This document shows, piece after piece, positions 26,414 to 35,537 of a stretch of 64,000 nucleotides of DNA. This stretch comes from an uncultured Clostridia bacterium (GTDB lineage Bacteria > Bacillota > Clostridia > TANB77 > CAG-508): NCBI GenBank assembly GCA_934162535.1, contig CAKPJC010000007.1:3773-67772 (forward strand), read 5' to 3'. The translations under genes were made by a program, and so were the position numbers. Each line of letters begins with the position of its first letter. Within the stretch, counting starts at the first letter, position 1. The notes under the pieces are model-generated. The model was not told where the DNA came from, did not search any database, and saw nothing but the letters and a program-made list of their open reading frames with translations.

Positions 26414-28483
26414 TTATGCTCCTAATTGTGAGAATGCTCCTGACATACTTGATACACCTATTACAACTAGTGGTATAATTAAGTATCCTATGAATAAGCA
26501 TACAAGTGGTGCAAAACCTACGCCTTTACCTATTAGTCCTTTTCTTGATATTAGCATTTCATTTGTTGCTTTTCTTTTTTCTTGATGATAATCTCTATCT
26601 GCATCAAGTTCGTCAAATGCTTCTCTTATTGGTATTTTCTCAACTGCTGCTTGCAAACTCTCTACAATTCTTATCATGTCTTGATGTGTTACAGAGTTTT
26701 TTAGCTCCTCTAGTGCTTCCCATGCTCCTGCTTCATAGTTGTTTACACATCTCGAAACTGGTTCTTTGAATATATTTGCATATCTTTCAAGCCATTCCAA
26801 AATCATTTCTACGTTTACTCTCTCGATTTTCATCAGCATTACTATAATTGTTTGGAATTGCATTACTTCGTTTTCCATTTCCATTTGCCTCATTTTTTTC
26901 TGGAACATCATCATCCATACTGGTGCCATATATGCAATTATAGAAAATACTATTGCTAATAATTCCTCAAACCATTGCATATTTTCTGAGTTTACTATTT
27001 TTAATTTTCCTAAAACTCTTTCTGCATCAGTTTTTATTAAGTCATCTTCCCCCGTTTTGTAATATTTTGATTTTTTCATTTCTTTTTCTATTTCAGATTG
27101 TGTTATGTCTAATTTTCCCTTTAGTTTATTTATGAAGAAGTTGTCTTGCTCTGTTAGCTCTTCTGCTTTTTTCTGGTTCTTTTCCGACATCGTTCCCATT
27201 ACTGTTGCCCTTGTTGTTGGTTCAGTATATACATAGTTTATTGCTAGCCTATGTAATTGTGCAAATAGTATTATTGATAATATAAATGTTACAACTGCTA
27301 GACATATTCTATTTATGTATACCCATTCCATTTTTGACTTTGATGCCGAGTCCTTTAGCAGTTTTTGCATTTTTCTATAGTCTTTTGAACCTTTTTTTGG
27401 TATAAATGAGTTTATTATTTTTCTTAATGCAGGATTATTGTAAACTTTTTCTTGCCATGGGTGCTGATTTGTTGATAGATCAACTTGTACTCCACCATTA
27501 TCTTTTAGTTTTCTTGTCATTATGTATGATACTACTGTTAATAGTACTATTAGTATTTGAACAACCATTCCAAGTTTTCCATTATAAAAGCTACTTGTGA
27601 ATGAGAAGTTTGATGTTGCCCAATTTTTTAATGGCTCAAGTAATAATACTGGTGCAATTGAAATAAATGTTAAACTTTGAAATACATAGTTTAATTTATC
27701 TCTTTTTAATATTTCAATTTGCATTTCTTGTGTTATATTATTTATATTTTTAAGGTATAGAGAAGAGCCATCTTCTTCTCTATCACCAAATTCTTGTGTT
27801 AAATATGATATACCAGCAAATTCTTTTAGATAACTATTTGGTGCTATATCGTAATATTTTTCAAGCTCTGTTTCAGGGTCATCTGAAATTAATATTTCAT
27901 ATATTTTTTCTCCCTGTTTTGATACACTTTTTTCATCGTCAAGTGATACCTGATAAATTGCTTCTTCAACCATGTTATATTCATGATATGCATGTCTAAT
28001 TTCAGCAAAAAAGTTTATTTGCTCTTTTAATAGATTGTTGTCTATTTTGTCTACCATTCCATCTACCATTGTATCTACTATAAATAATTCAAATATTAAT
28101 AGTATTGACATTAATAATGGATTATTATGTGTTATAAATATTGTTACAAATGAAATAAGGGCCATTATTATTATTGCTTTTGTTAATATTCTAGCAGAGT
28201 CTCTTCTTGTTGTGTATTCATCATCTATGTTTAATATTTCAAGTCTTCTTCTTAGCTTATATATATATCTTTTTATAAAAGGTGTTTTAATATATGTCAA
28301 ATAAAGTCTTTGGTATAGTATTTCCATTGAAAATGAATCAGCTTTTGTACCTTCTTGCAATTTTTTCATTTGTCTATATTCTGATTTTCCCATCTTCTTT
28401 GCTAATACTAAATATACACCTATTATTAATGTGAATAATATTCCTATGCCTATTATTATATATTTTAGTATACTTGTGCTCAT
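26414..28483 (-). CDS. polytopic inner-membrane platform protein, TadB/TadC (T2SS-F)-like, apparently a fused double-length form
   Basis: 689 aa with several TM segments. The C-terminal part ...VESLQAAVEKIPIREAFDELDADRDYHQEKRKATNEMLISRKGLIGKGVGFAPLVCLFIGYLIIP resembles the end of TadC/T2SS-F domains. It sits immediately downstream of the secretion ATPase. Confidence 0.55.
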   Translation of the reverse strand: MSTSILKYIIIGIGILFTLIIGVYLVLAKKMGKSEYRQMKKLQEGTKADSFSMEILYQRLYLTYIKTPFIKRYIYKLRRRLEILNIDDEYTTRRDSARILTKAIIIMALISFVTIFITHNNPLLMSILLIFELFIVDTMVDGMVDKIDNNLLKEQINFFAEIRHAYHEYNMVEEAIYQVSLDDEKSVSKQGEKIYEILISDDPETELEKYYDIAPNSYLKEFAGISYLTQEFGDREEDGSSLYLKNINNITQEMQIEILKRDKLNYVFQSLTFISIAPVLLLEPLKNWATSNFSFTSSFYNGKLGMVVQILIVLLTVVSYIMTRKLKDNGGVQVDLSTNQHPWQEKVYNNPALRKIINSFIPKKGSKDYRKMQKLLKDSASKSKMEWVYINRICLAVVTFILSIILFAQLHRLAINYVYTEPTTRATVMGTMSEKNQKKAEELTEQDNFFINKLKGKLDITQSEIEKEMKKSKYYKTGEDDLIKTDAERVLGKLKIVNSENMQWFEELLAIVFSIIAYMAPVWMMMFQKKMRQMEMENEVMQFQTIIVMLMKIERVNVEMILEWLERYANIFKEPVSRCVNNYEAGAWEALEELKNSVTHQDMIRIVESLQAAVEKIPIREAFDELDADRDYHQEKRKATNEMLISRKGLIGKGVGFAPLVCLFIGYLIIPLVVIGVSSMSGAFSQLGA

Positions 28484-28519
28484 ATTATTTTTTAAAACAC
28501 CTCCTATGCATTATCTTTT

Positions 28520-30487
28520 TTATACATTTTTTGGCTTTCTTCCTCTTCTTTTTGTTTCTTCTCCGTCTCCAACTTTGACTCCTACTGTTTCATATTGATT
28601 TTTTTGGTTTCCCCAGTGTTTTTCAATAAATTTGTTAAAGTCATCAACATCGTTTTCATCCATATTGTCTCTCATCGCTTGTAAGTTTTTGTCTGATATT
28701 TTATTTGTTATTACATATTCTCCATCAATGAATTCAAGGACATTTCTGTATTCATATAATTTTCTGTCTGTAATTTTTTCAAAATAGTGTGTTGCATTGT
28801 CGAAAAATTTATCAAATTTTCCTTCAAGTGTTTTTTCATTTCTATGGTCATATGTATATTCATTTTTTTCTTCTACTGGTATACATTCTGTTATTCTTTC
28901 TACAAATCTCTTTCCTTTGAAGTCTTTTTGTAGATGTATGTCAAAGTTTAGTACTTGTACTACTTGCTCTTCTGCTGTTTTTTCATTTTTGAATACACCT
29001 GCCCTTAACATTGAGTTACGTAGTGCTGTTACTAAGTCTGGGAATGTTTTAGCATGGTGAGTAAACAATGTGAATTTTGATGCAACCTGTGCTGATTGTA
29101 TCATCCATGATGCTACAGGGTCTGTTGCAACCTCACCTATGATGTTTACAGAACCGTCAGTTTTTTTCTGTACGTCCAAACATTCTTGTCCTGCTATTGT
29201 ATCTGTTTCACGCATTGATAAAATGTTTCTTGTTGGATATATTTTTCTTAAGTGTAACTCGAATGCAGTTTCTGTGATACGCAAGTTCATTGTTTCATAT
29301 ATGTTTTCTATCATACCCATTAACATTGTTGTTTTACCACAACCTTGCTCACCAGTTATTGATATGATTCTGGCACCTTTTACAAGGTATTTTAATAATT
29401 CAATTGAATCATCACAACCCGGCTCTCCTTTGAACCATTGTTCTAGTGTTGAACGTTTTACGTCAAACTTTCTTACGAAAAATGCCCATGTTTCTGACAT
29501 GCTTGGTCTTACAACAACGACACGTGATCCGTCTTTCATTTCATTTATTTTATAACCATTTGTGTCTGATAACTGTCCTGGATTATTGTATTTGTATATG
29601 TTTTGACATACTCTTTTTAGTTCTGCCTCTGTTCCAAATGATAAAAATGCTAATCTTATAGATTTACCTTGGAAGAATATCCATATACTGTCACAAGCTC
29701 TAGGAACTTTATGTTCAGATACTTGTTCTAAGTAGTCTCCATCTGTTTGTGCTACCTGACTTAAGAAACTTTCTGGTAAACCAGATACACCTCCTGATAC
29801 ACCGTCTATGTTCATGTCCCTTACTTCGTCTATACTACTATATCCTTTGTAGTGCTGGTAAATTCTTTGTACTACAACCTCAAGTTTGTCCTGAAATGAT
29901 AGTACAATTTTTTCCTTTTCATATATTTCGTCTATTTCGTCATCTGTTATTACATATGATGGTTTTGTTTCTCCCTGTATATATTTTAGTGTTGCTAAAT
30001 TATATCTTTTTATTAATTGTGTTAATGCTTCATATCCAAATTCTTTTTTATATGTATATAAAAGAATTTCAAATTTATCCTGTGCAGTAAGTAATGATGG
30101 TATATCAAATGGTATTGCATTTGATATGTTTGTTTCATCTATACCATATTCTTTTGCTAATAGATCTCCTATTAGTTCTTTTACATATCTTTTGTCATTA
30201 ACATCTCCATATGTACATCCTTTTAACGCCTTTTTTAATGCATATTTTTTGTTTTTTCTTCTTTTTAATTCTTCTTCTGATAGCCCTATATCATATAAGT
30301 TGATTTTTGTTATTTCATCAAGTCTCTTTTTTACATATTCTTTCATTTTTTGTAGTGTATATGTTTTATCATCTTTTTCTATTTCTTGCTCAACTTCTGC
30401 GTTTTTATTCTTTTTTACATAATATAGTACTGATGCTACAGCAGATATAAATATAATTATTATTAATAGTGTATTAAAAATTGACAT
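28520..30487 (-). CDS. CpaF/TadA/VirB11-family secretion ATPase with N-terminal transmembrane anchor
   Basis: 655 aa. N-terminus MSIFNTLLIIIIFISAVASVLYYV is a TM helix. Walker A ISITGEQGCGKTTMLMG, then ...RITETAFELHL..., IIGEVATD and FTHHAKTFPDLVTALRN (His box). Basic tail KRRGRKPKNV. Confidence 0.8.
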   Translation of the reverse strand: MSIFNTLLIIIIFISAVASVLYYVKKNKNAEVEQEIEKDDKTYTLQKMKEYVKKRLDEITKINLYDIGLSEEELKRRKNKKYALKKALKGCTYGDVNDKRYVKELIGDLLAKEYGIDETNISNAIPFDIPSLLTAQDKFEILLYTYKKEFGYEALTQLIKRYNLATLKYIQGETKPSYVITDDEIDEIYEKEKIVLSFQDKLEVVVQRIYQHYKGYSSIDEVRDMNIDGVSGGVSGLPESFLSQVAQTDGDYLEQVSEHKVPRACDSIWIFFQGKSIRLAFLSFGTEAELKRVCQNIYKYNNPGQLSDTNGYKINEMKDGSRVVVVRPSMSETWAFFVRKFDVKRSTLEQWFKGEPGCDDSIELLKYLVKGARIISITGEQGCGKTTMLMGMIENIYETMNLRITETAFELHLRKIYPTRNILSMRETDTIAGQECLDVQKKTDGSVNIIGEVATDPVASWMIQSAQVASKFTLFTHHAKTFPDLVTALRNSMLRAGVFKNEKTAEEQVVQVLNFDIHLQKDFKGKRFVERITECIPVEEKNEYTYDHRNEKTLEGKFDKFFDNATHYFEKITDRKLYEYRNVLEFIDGEYVITNKISDKNLQAMRDNMDENDVDDFNKFIEKHWGNQKNQYETVGVKVGDGEETKRRGRKPKNV

Positions 30488-30491
30488 TTTC

Positions 30492-31361
30492 TCACCTCAT
30501 TTTCTTTTGCAATTCTTGTAATCTATTTATTATGTTGTTTGTTAATTTTAGTATTTCTTCCATAAAGAAATAGTTTACATCATTACTGTCTTTTATGTTC
30601 CTAAGTTTCATAAACATTTCTGCAACATTTGCTTCTTCTGCAGATTCAAAATATAACATGCTGTATGGTATAAGATTCAAATCTTTCTTTTCTTCTAAAA
30701 ATCTCATTATATTTTTTTTGTTATATTTTGATTGTCTATTATATTTTCCTATAACAGGTATACATTTTGGTCCCAATATTTGTGGGTTCTTTTCTTTTAG
30801 TTTCATATAGTTTCTTAAAGTTTCTAGTCTTTGGCTTAATACTAAAACATTTAGGTGAGAGGCTTCTATTATCTCTTTTTTTATGTTTGGTGATAAATTA
30901 TTATCTACATCTACTAATACCATGTCATATGCCATACTTGCAAGTCTTATTAGCTCTAAGTATGATTCTGATGTTTTTCTGTAATCATCCATGTTTTCTT
31001 CGTCTGTTTTGTCTATTGCTCCCATATATCCACTTAGAACTTCTAGTCTTCCTTTGAATACAACTTTTGTATAGTCTGTAATTATATCTGGTTGTATTTT
31101 GTTACTTGTTATTAGTTTTGATAATCCTTCTATTCCATTTTCTACTGCTATTGAATTGCTTTTTCCTGGAATTAATCCTTTCATTATATTTTCTGCTCTT
31201 GGTGCAAAAAAGCAATTTCCCATTGTAGGATCTTTATATGCTGTTGAAATTAATAATATTTTGAAGTTACGTTCTATTGCCATTCTTGTTGCAACAGCAA
31301 CAGCTGTTAATGTTTTTCCTGTTTGTTCTTTATCTTCATTCCAAAATGCTACAATTGACAT
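30492..31361 (-). CDS. ParA/MinD-fold protein (TadZ/CpaE-like) with deviant P-loop
   Basis: 289 aa: MSIVAFWNEDKEQTGKTLTAVAVATRMAIERNFKILLIS...YDMVLVDVD. Shows the beta-strand/P-loop/helix pattern of ParA-like ATPases. AAGGAG RBS. Confidence 0.6.
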   Translation of the reverse strand: MSIVAFWNEDKEQTGKTLTAVAVATRMAIERNFKILLISTAYKDPTMGNCFFAPRAENIMKGLIPGKSNSIAVENGIEGLSKLITSNKIQPDIITDYTKVVFKGRLEVLSGYMGAIDKTDEENMDDYRKTSESYLELIRLASMAYDMVLVDVDNNLSPNIKKEIIEASHLNVLVLSQRLETLRNYMKLKEKNPQILGPKCIPVIGKYNRQSKYNKKNIMRFLEEKKDLNLIPYSMLYFESAEEANVAEMFMKLRNIKDSNDVNYFFMEEILKLTNNIINRLQELQKKMR

Positions 31362-31375
31362 TCTTGTTCTCCTTA

Positions 31376-32062
31376 CTAAAGATTTTTAATCATGTTTCTT
31401 ATTTTCTTTTCTCCTATTTCATTGTCTATATCATTTACCAAAAATGCAATATTTTCTTTGTATTCATTGCTAAGGTTTCTGAATTTTATTTTTTCGAGTC
31501 TTTGATTTTCTATTATCGCAGATTGGTCTCCATTTTCTAGTAAAAAATATATTTTTTCTTCATTCCATATAACTTTTACCCCTAATGCTAAATAGTCAAA
31601 GTATTCTTCTTCCTCTTTTAACATTTCTTTTGAGTAAAATATTCTCGTCATATGTAATGGTACATCAACTTGTTTTATTATTTGAATTCCTTTTTTCAGA
31701 GAGTATATATCAAATGATGTTACATAATATAGTTTTTCTGAACTTTGCAAATTAAATTGTTCCATTCCCTCATAATTATCTGTATCTATTATCATTATGT
31801 CATATTCAAATTCTTCGTCATTTTCTAGTCCTAGATATTGCCTTATTTGTGTTATTGAGTTAAATCCAACTGCCACATCTATTCCGTCAAATTCAGTTAT
31901 ATATGATACAGTTGGATTTATAACTGGTACAACATATTTGCATTTTTGTTCTATGGTGTTATCTACTACTAGTACTTTTTTTTCTGCCTGTTCTAATACT
32001 CTTGCTACACTTAAAATTAGGTCTGTTTTATCATACGCACCTACAAATCCAATCTTTCTCAT
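31376..32062 (-). CDS. ParA/MinD-fold-like protein that has lost the P-loop lysine (probably non-catalytic)
   Basis: 228 aa: MRKIGFVGAYDKTDLILSVARVLEQAEKKVLVVDNT...YDIMIIDTD. The topology pattern matches the downstream paralog, but GAYDKTD replaces GxxGxGK[ST]. Confidence 0.5.
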   Translation of the reverse strand: MRKIGFVGAYDKTDLILSVARVLEQAEKKVLVVDNTIEQKCKYVVPVINPTVSYITEFDGIDVAVGFNSITQIRQYLGLENDEEFEYDIMIIDTDNYEGMEQFNLQSSEKLYYVTSFDIYSLKKGIQIIKQVDVPLHMTRIFYSKEMLKEEEEYFDYLALGVKVIWNEEKIYFLLENGDQSAIIENQRLEKIKFRNLSNEYKENIAFLVNDIDNEIGEKKIRNMIKNL

Positions 32063-32101
32063 ATTGTTTGTTCTCCTCTTTTCTATTAAAATTATAGTCT
32101 T

Positions 32102-33358
32102 TTATTTTGTTTTTGTTCCACCACCACTTTGTAATGTTTCAAGATATAATTTTCTTGCTTCATCTGCATTTGTTATTCCTGTATTCATTTTTGTTGTAAT
32201 GTTATCATTGTATTCTTCTTGATCAGCATTGTTTATTTCATTTTGTATATAGTTGTTTCTTATTTGTTTTGCTGAATCTGAATATCTTGCTCTTAGTCCT
32301 TCTGATGCACGGTCTAAGATATTTGGATCAGATTCTATTAATGCTGTTACAGCTGAGTTTGGTGTATATGTTGGTAATGAAGATTTTTGTGAACCTGGTT
32401 CAACATATTTGTTTGCATAAATTTTTGTTCCGTTTAGTCCATATGCCTCTACTATTGCACTTGACATTGCTAGTATTTCTTCTTCGTTTAGTTGTACTCT
32501 TATTGTGTCTGCTACATATGTTCCGTCTTCATTCTTTGGAATGTCTACTTGTCTCTTTGGTACTATTACAAAGTTCTCACCATTTGGATACATTATTCTT
32601 ATATCTATGTAATCATCTGTTGCTAAGTCTACTGGTAGTGATACCATGTTGTATTCCTCTACTCTAACGTCATCTGTTACTACTGCATCTGCTTGTACAA
32701 CTAGGTCTTTTGTTACTACTGTATTTTTCTTCATGTCTACTTTTGCTAATATTGCAACATTGTTAAGGTCTATGTATTCTCTTTCTAGTTTTCCTGCATT
32801 TATTTTATATTTATAGCAATTGCCTGTTTTTTCGTCTTCATAGATTCTCGTTGTTCCTGTTGTAGCATCTTCTTGTGTTTCAATTATATAACGTTTCTCT
32901 ATTTCATTTATTGTATCTGTATATGGATCATTTCTTAAACTTACCGTTTTTCCATCACTAAGCTTAGTGTATTGTCCATTAGCATATGTTACTTCGTCTA
33001 AGTTGTCTGCTTCTTGAATATATAGTCCGTTTTCGTCTACTTTTATTTCTTTCCCGTCTTTTGTTTGTAATGTCCACGTTGATACAACACTGTCCATTGC
33101 TGTTGCATTACTTGGTATTGTATTTTTATTTACATTTAATTTTACAAGCATATCATTTGTTATGATTTGCCCTGATTTTACGTCTTGATTTATTGTATAA
33201 ACATTTACTTTTGCAGCTTCTTCTGCTGCTTTAGCATCATTTAATTTTTTCATTTGTAAAAATAATAAAACTATTACTACACCTGTTACTAGTAATGTTA
33301 GTATCATTCCTAATAAAAATGAATTTCTTGCTTTTCTTTGCATTGGGTTTATTGCCAC
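32102..33358 (-). CDS. CpaB/RcpC-like pilus assembly protein (TM anchor plus SAF domain)
   Basis: TM segment SFLLGMILTLLVTGVVIVLLFL is followed by a SAF-like segment VNVYTINQDVKSGQIITNDMLVKLNVNKNTIPSNA. The start is uncertain. I favour GTG 33358, 8 nt after AAGGAGG. The alternatives are ATG 33394 and the track's TTG 33439. Confidence 0.65.
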   Translation of the reverse strand: MAINPMQRKARNSFLLGMILTLLVTGVVIVLLFLQMKKLNDAKAAEEAAKVNVYTINQDVKSGQIITNDMLVKLNVNKNTIPSNATAMDSVVSTWTLQTKDGKEIKVDENGLYIQEADNLDEVTYANGQYTKLSDGKTVSLRNDPYTDTINEIEKRYIIETQEDATTGTTRIYEDEKTGNCYKYKINAGKLEREYIDLNNVAILAKVDMKKNTVVTKDLVVQADAVVTDDVRVEEYNMVSLPVDLATDDYIDIRIMYPNGENFVIVPKRQVDIPKNEDGTYVADTIRVQLNEEEILAMSSAIVEAYGLNGTKIYANKYVEPGSQKSSLPTYTPNSAVTALIESDPNILDRASEGLRARYSDSAKQIRNNYIQNEINNADQEEYNDNITTKMNTGITNADEARKLYLETLQSGGGTKTK

Positions 33359-33478
33359 TTTAAATTCCTCCTTTTTTAACACGATTTTTTTCATGTTATT
33401 CTTTTTTATTTTACACCTTTTTCCGATTAAAATCAACAAACTTTCTTATTGTAACACAAACTTAATATTATTGTAATA

Positions 33479-34363
33479 TTATTGTAATATTCGTTCATTC
33501 CCTAGCATTTCCAATACTTTTGCGACGCCATCATCGTTGTTGTCAGGTGCTATATATTTAGCAATTTTTCTTACTTCTGGTGATCCATTTTGCATAGCTA
33601 TTCCTAGTCCAGCATTTTCTATCATTTTTTTGTCATTTATATTATCTCCTATTGTTACTATTTCTTCTCTTTTTATTCCTGTTTTTTCCATTAGGATTTC
33701 AAGTGCACTCCATTTATCAACATTTTGTGCTGATATTTCTGTGTAGTAATATTCTATCGCAAATTCTTCTGTTCCTTGTTTTATTGTTTTCCTTGACATG
33801 TGTGATACATCTAATACTTCTATTTCTTCTATTTCTTTTAATTTTCTCATTATTGAGTTAAATATTGCTTGATTGTTGTCACATATTGTAAATTTTATTA
33901 TTTTTTCTTCTCTGTTTCTTATATAGTCATATATATCTTCCATTAAGTTTATGTGTGTTTTGTTTTCTTCGTCTTTGTTTAGATTTTCTTTATTGTAATA
34001 TAATACATTGAAGTTTAGGCTTTTTGATATTATTTCTTTTTCTGTATATATTGTGTAAAATATGCTGTTTTCTTCACATATTTTTATTATATCTAAAACT
34101 TTTGATTTTTTTAATGTATTTTCGTATATTATTTCTTGTTTTTTTATATCATATAGTATAGCACCATTTCCTGATATGAAGTATTTCTCACTTTGAATTT
34201 CTTTTGCTATTGTTTTTATTGAGTCTATCGGTCTCCCTGATGCTATTATTACTTCTGTTCCTTTTTCTTGAATTTTTTTTATTGCCTTTTTTGTGTTCTC
34301 TGTAACAGCTCCATATTGGTTTAACATCGTTCCATCTAAGTCTATTGCTATTAGTTTATACAT
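33479..34363 (-). CDS. Cof-type HAD-IIB family hydrolase (sugar-phosphatase-like)
   Basis: MYKLIAIDLDGTMLN (DxDGT motif I) ...IASGRP... GDNINDKKMIENAGLGIAM. Confidence 0.85.
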   Translation of the reverse strand: MYKLIAIDLDGTMLNQYGAVTENTKKAIKKIQEKGTEVIIASGRPIDSIKTIAKEIQSEKYFISGNGAILYDIKKQEIIYENTLKKSKVLDIIKICEENSIFYTIYTEKEIISKSLNFNVLYYNKENLNKDEENKTHINLMEDIYDYIRNREEKIIKFTICDNNQAIFNSIMRKLKEIEEIEVLDVSHMSRKTIKQGTEEFAIEYYYTEISAQNVDKWSALEILMEKTGIKREEIVTIGDNINDKKMIENAGLGIAMQNGSPEVRKIAKYIAPDNNDDGVAKVLEMLGNERILQ

Positions 34364-34501
34364 TTTTTACCTCTTTCTTTTTGTTTTTATTTTTTCAAAA
34401 TTTTTCCTGTTTATTTTCATTAAAAATTGTACATCATATATTTAGAAAAAGCAATAGTTTTTTTCTAAAGAAATGTTATATATAGCAGGAGGTGAAGAAA
34501 C

Positions 34502-34708
34502 ATGGCAAATTCTAATAATAACAAAAAATTAGTTCCAGAAGCTATGAGTGCATTAGATAAATTCAAATATGAAGTAGCTAGCGAAGTAGGTGTTACTTTA
34601 AAAGATGGATATAATGGTGATATATCAGCTAAAGATGCTGGTAAAATAGGTGGAAATATGGTTAGAAAAATGATACAACAAGCTGAAAATAATATGGCTA
34701 ACAAGTAG
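34502..34708 (+). CDS. alpha/beta-type small acid-soluble spore protein
   Basis: MANSNNNKKLVPEAMSALDKFKYEVASEVGV...GGNMVRKMIQQAE is the canonical alpha/beta SASP sequence. GGAGGTG RBS. Confidence 0.92.
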   Translation: MANSNNNKKLVPEAMSALDKFKYEVASEVGVTLKDGYNGDISAKDAGKIGGNMVRKMIQQAENNMANK

Positions 34709-34798
34709 TTTTACTAATTGTGTTTTTATAACTTAGTTTTGGCAGAAGTATTTTTCTTGGTTTTATATTATGTTAAATGTTTTTATATTTGCATACAT

Positions 34799-34825
34799 AA
34801 AGGCAGGAGATGTGCTCCTGCCTTT
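34799..34825. terminator. hairpin between convergent SASP gene and the capsule-regulator operon
   Basis: AAAGGCAGGAG-atgtg-CTCCTGCCTTT forms an 11-bp GC-rich stem. The U-runs are weak on both strands. Confidence 0.4.
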
Positions 34826-35531
34826 ATATTATATCTTCATTGTTTAAGACTTTTTGTGGATTGAGTGTTGTTAATTCTTCAAGTTTATCTTCTGGAATTA
34901 TTTTTTTCAATTTCTTTATTATTTTAGGCATCTTTTCGTAAACCTGTCCAGGTCTATGTACATCCGAGCCTAAGAACTGTATTGAATTATTTTTTAATAA
35001 CTTTTTAACAGTTTTTTCTGCTTTACTACCATACATGCCAATTATACTTCCATAGTTTGCTTGTAGTAATGCCCCCATTTGTGTTAATTCCTCAATATAG
35101 TTTATATCTTGTTGTACATAACTATATCGTTCTGGATGTGCAATGATTGGTATGTAGTCATTTTCTATAAGCCTATATACTACTTCTTTTGCACCTATTT
35201 CTTTCACATTTAATGGAAGTTCAAATAATACATATCTTGAATTATTTATTGGTGACGCTTTTTTTTCTTTTAATACTTCAACTAGCTCATCTGTTATATA
35301 TATTTCACTGCCAGGGAATATTTCTACTCCCTGGTCTTTTTGCTGTATTTTTTTTATTAGTTCTAGTCTATTTTTTTCTGTTGTCTCATAATATTGTTCC
35401 ATATAATGTGATGTTGAAATTATTTTTGTGAATCCAGCTTTTTGTGCTTCTTCTAATAATTCTATTGTCTCTTTCATATTTTTAGAGCCATCATCAATGT
35501 TTGGTAATATATGTGAATGAAAGTCTATCAT
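34824..35531 (-). CDS. PHP-family protein-tyrosine phosphatase (CpsB/YwqE type)
   Basis: MIDFHSHILPNIDDGSKNMKETIELLEEAQKAGFTKIISTSHY...IAHPERY...GSDVH. Confidence 0.85.
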   Translation of the reverse strand: MIDFHSHILPNIDDGSKNMKETIELLEEAQKAGFTKIISTSHYMEQYYETTEKNRLELIKKIQQKDQGVEIFPGSEIYITDELVEVLKEKKASPINNSRYVLFELPLNVKEIGAKEVVYRLIENDYIPIIAHPERYSYVQQDINYIEELTQMGALLQANYGSIIGMYGSKAEKTVKKLLKNNSIQFLGSDVHRPGQVYEKMPKIIKKLKKIIPEDKLEELTTLNPQKVLNNEDII

Positions 35532-35537
35532 TTTCTT

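Noticed and set aside
34465-34704. 79-aa minus-strand ORF overlapping the SASP gene
   Set aside because: The plus-strand product is a textbook alpha/beta SASP with a strong RBS. The antisense ORF is a hydrophobic artefact.
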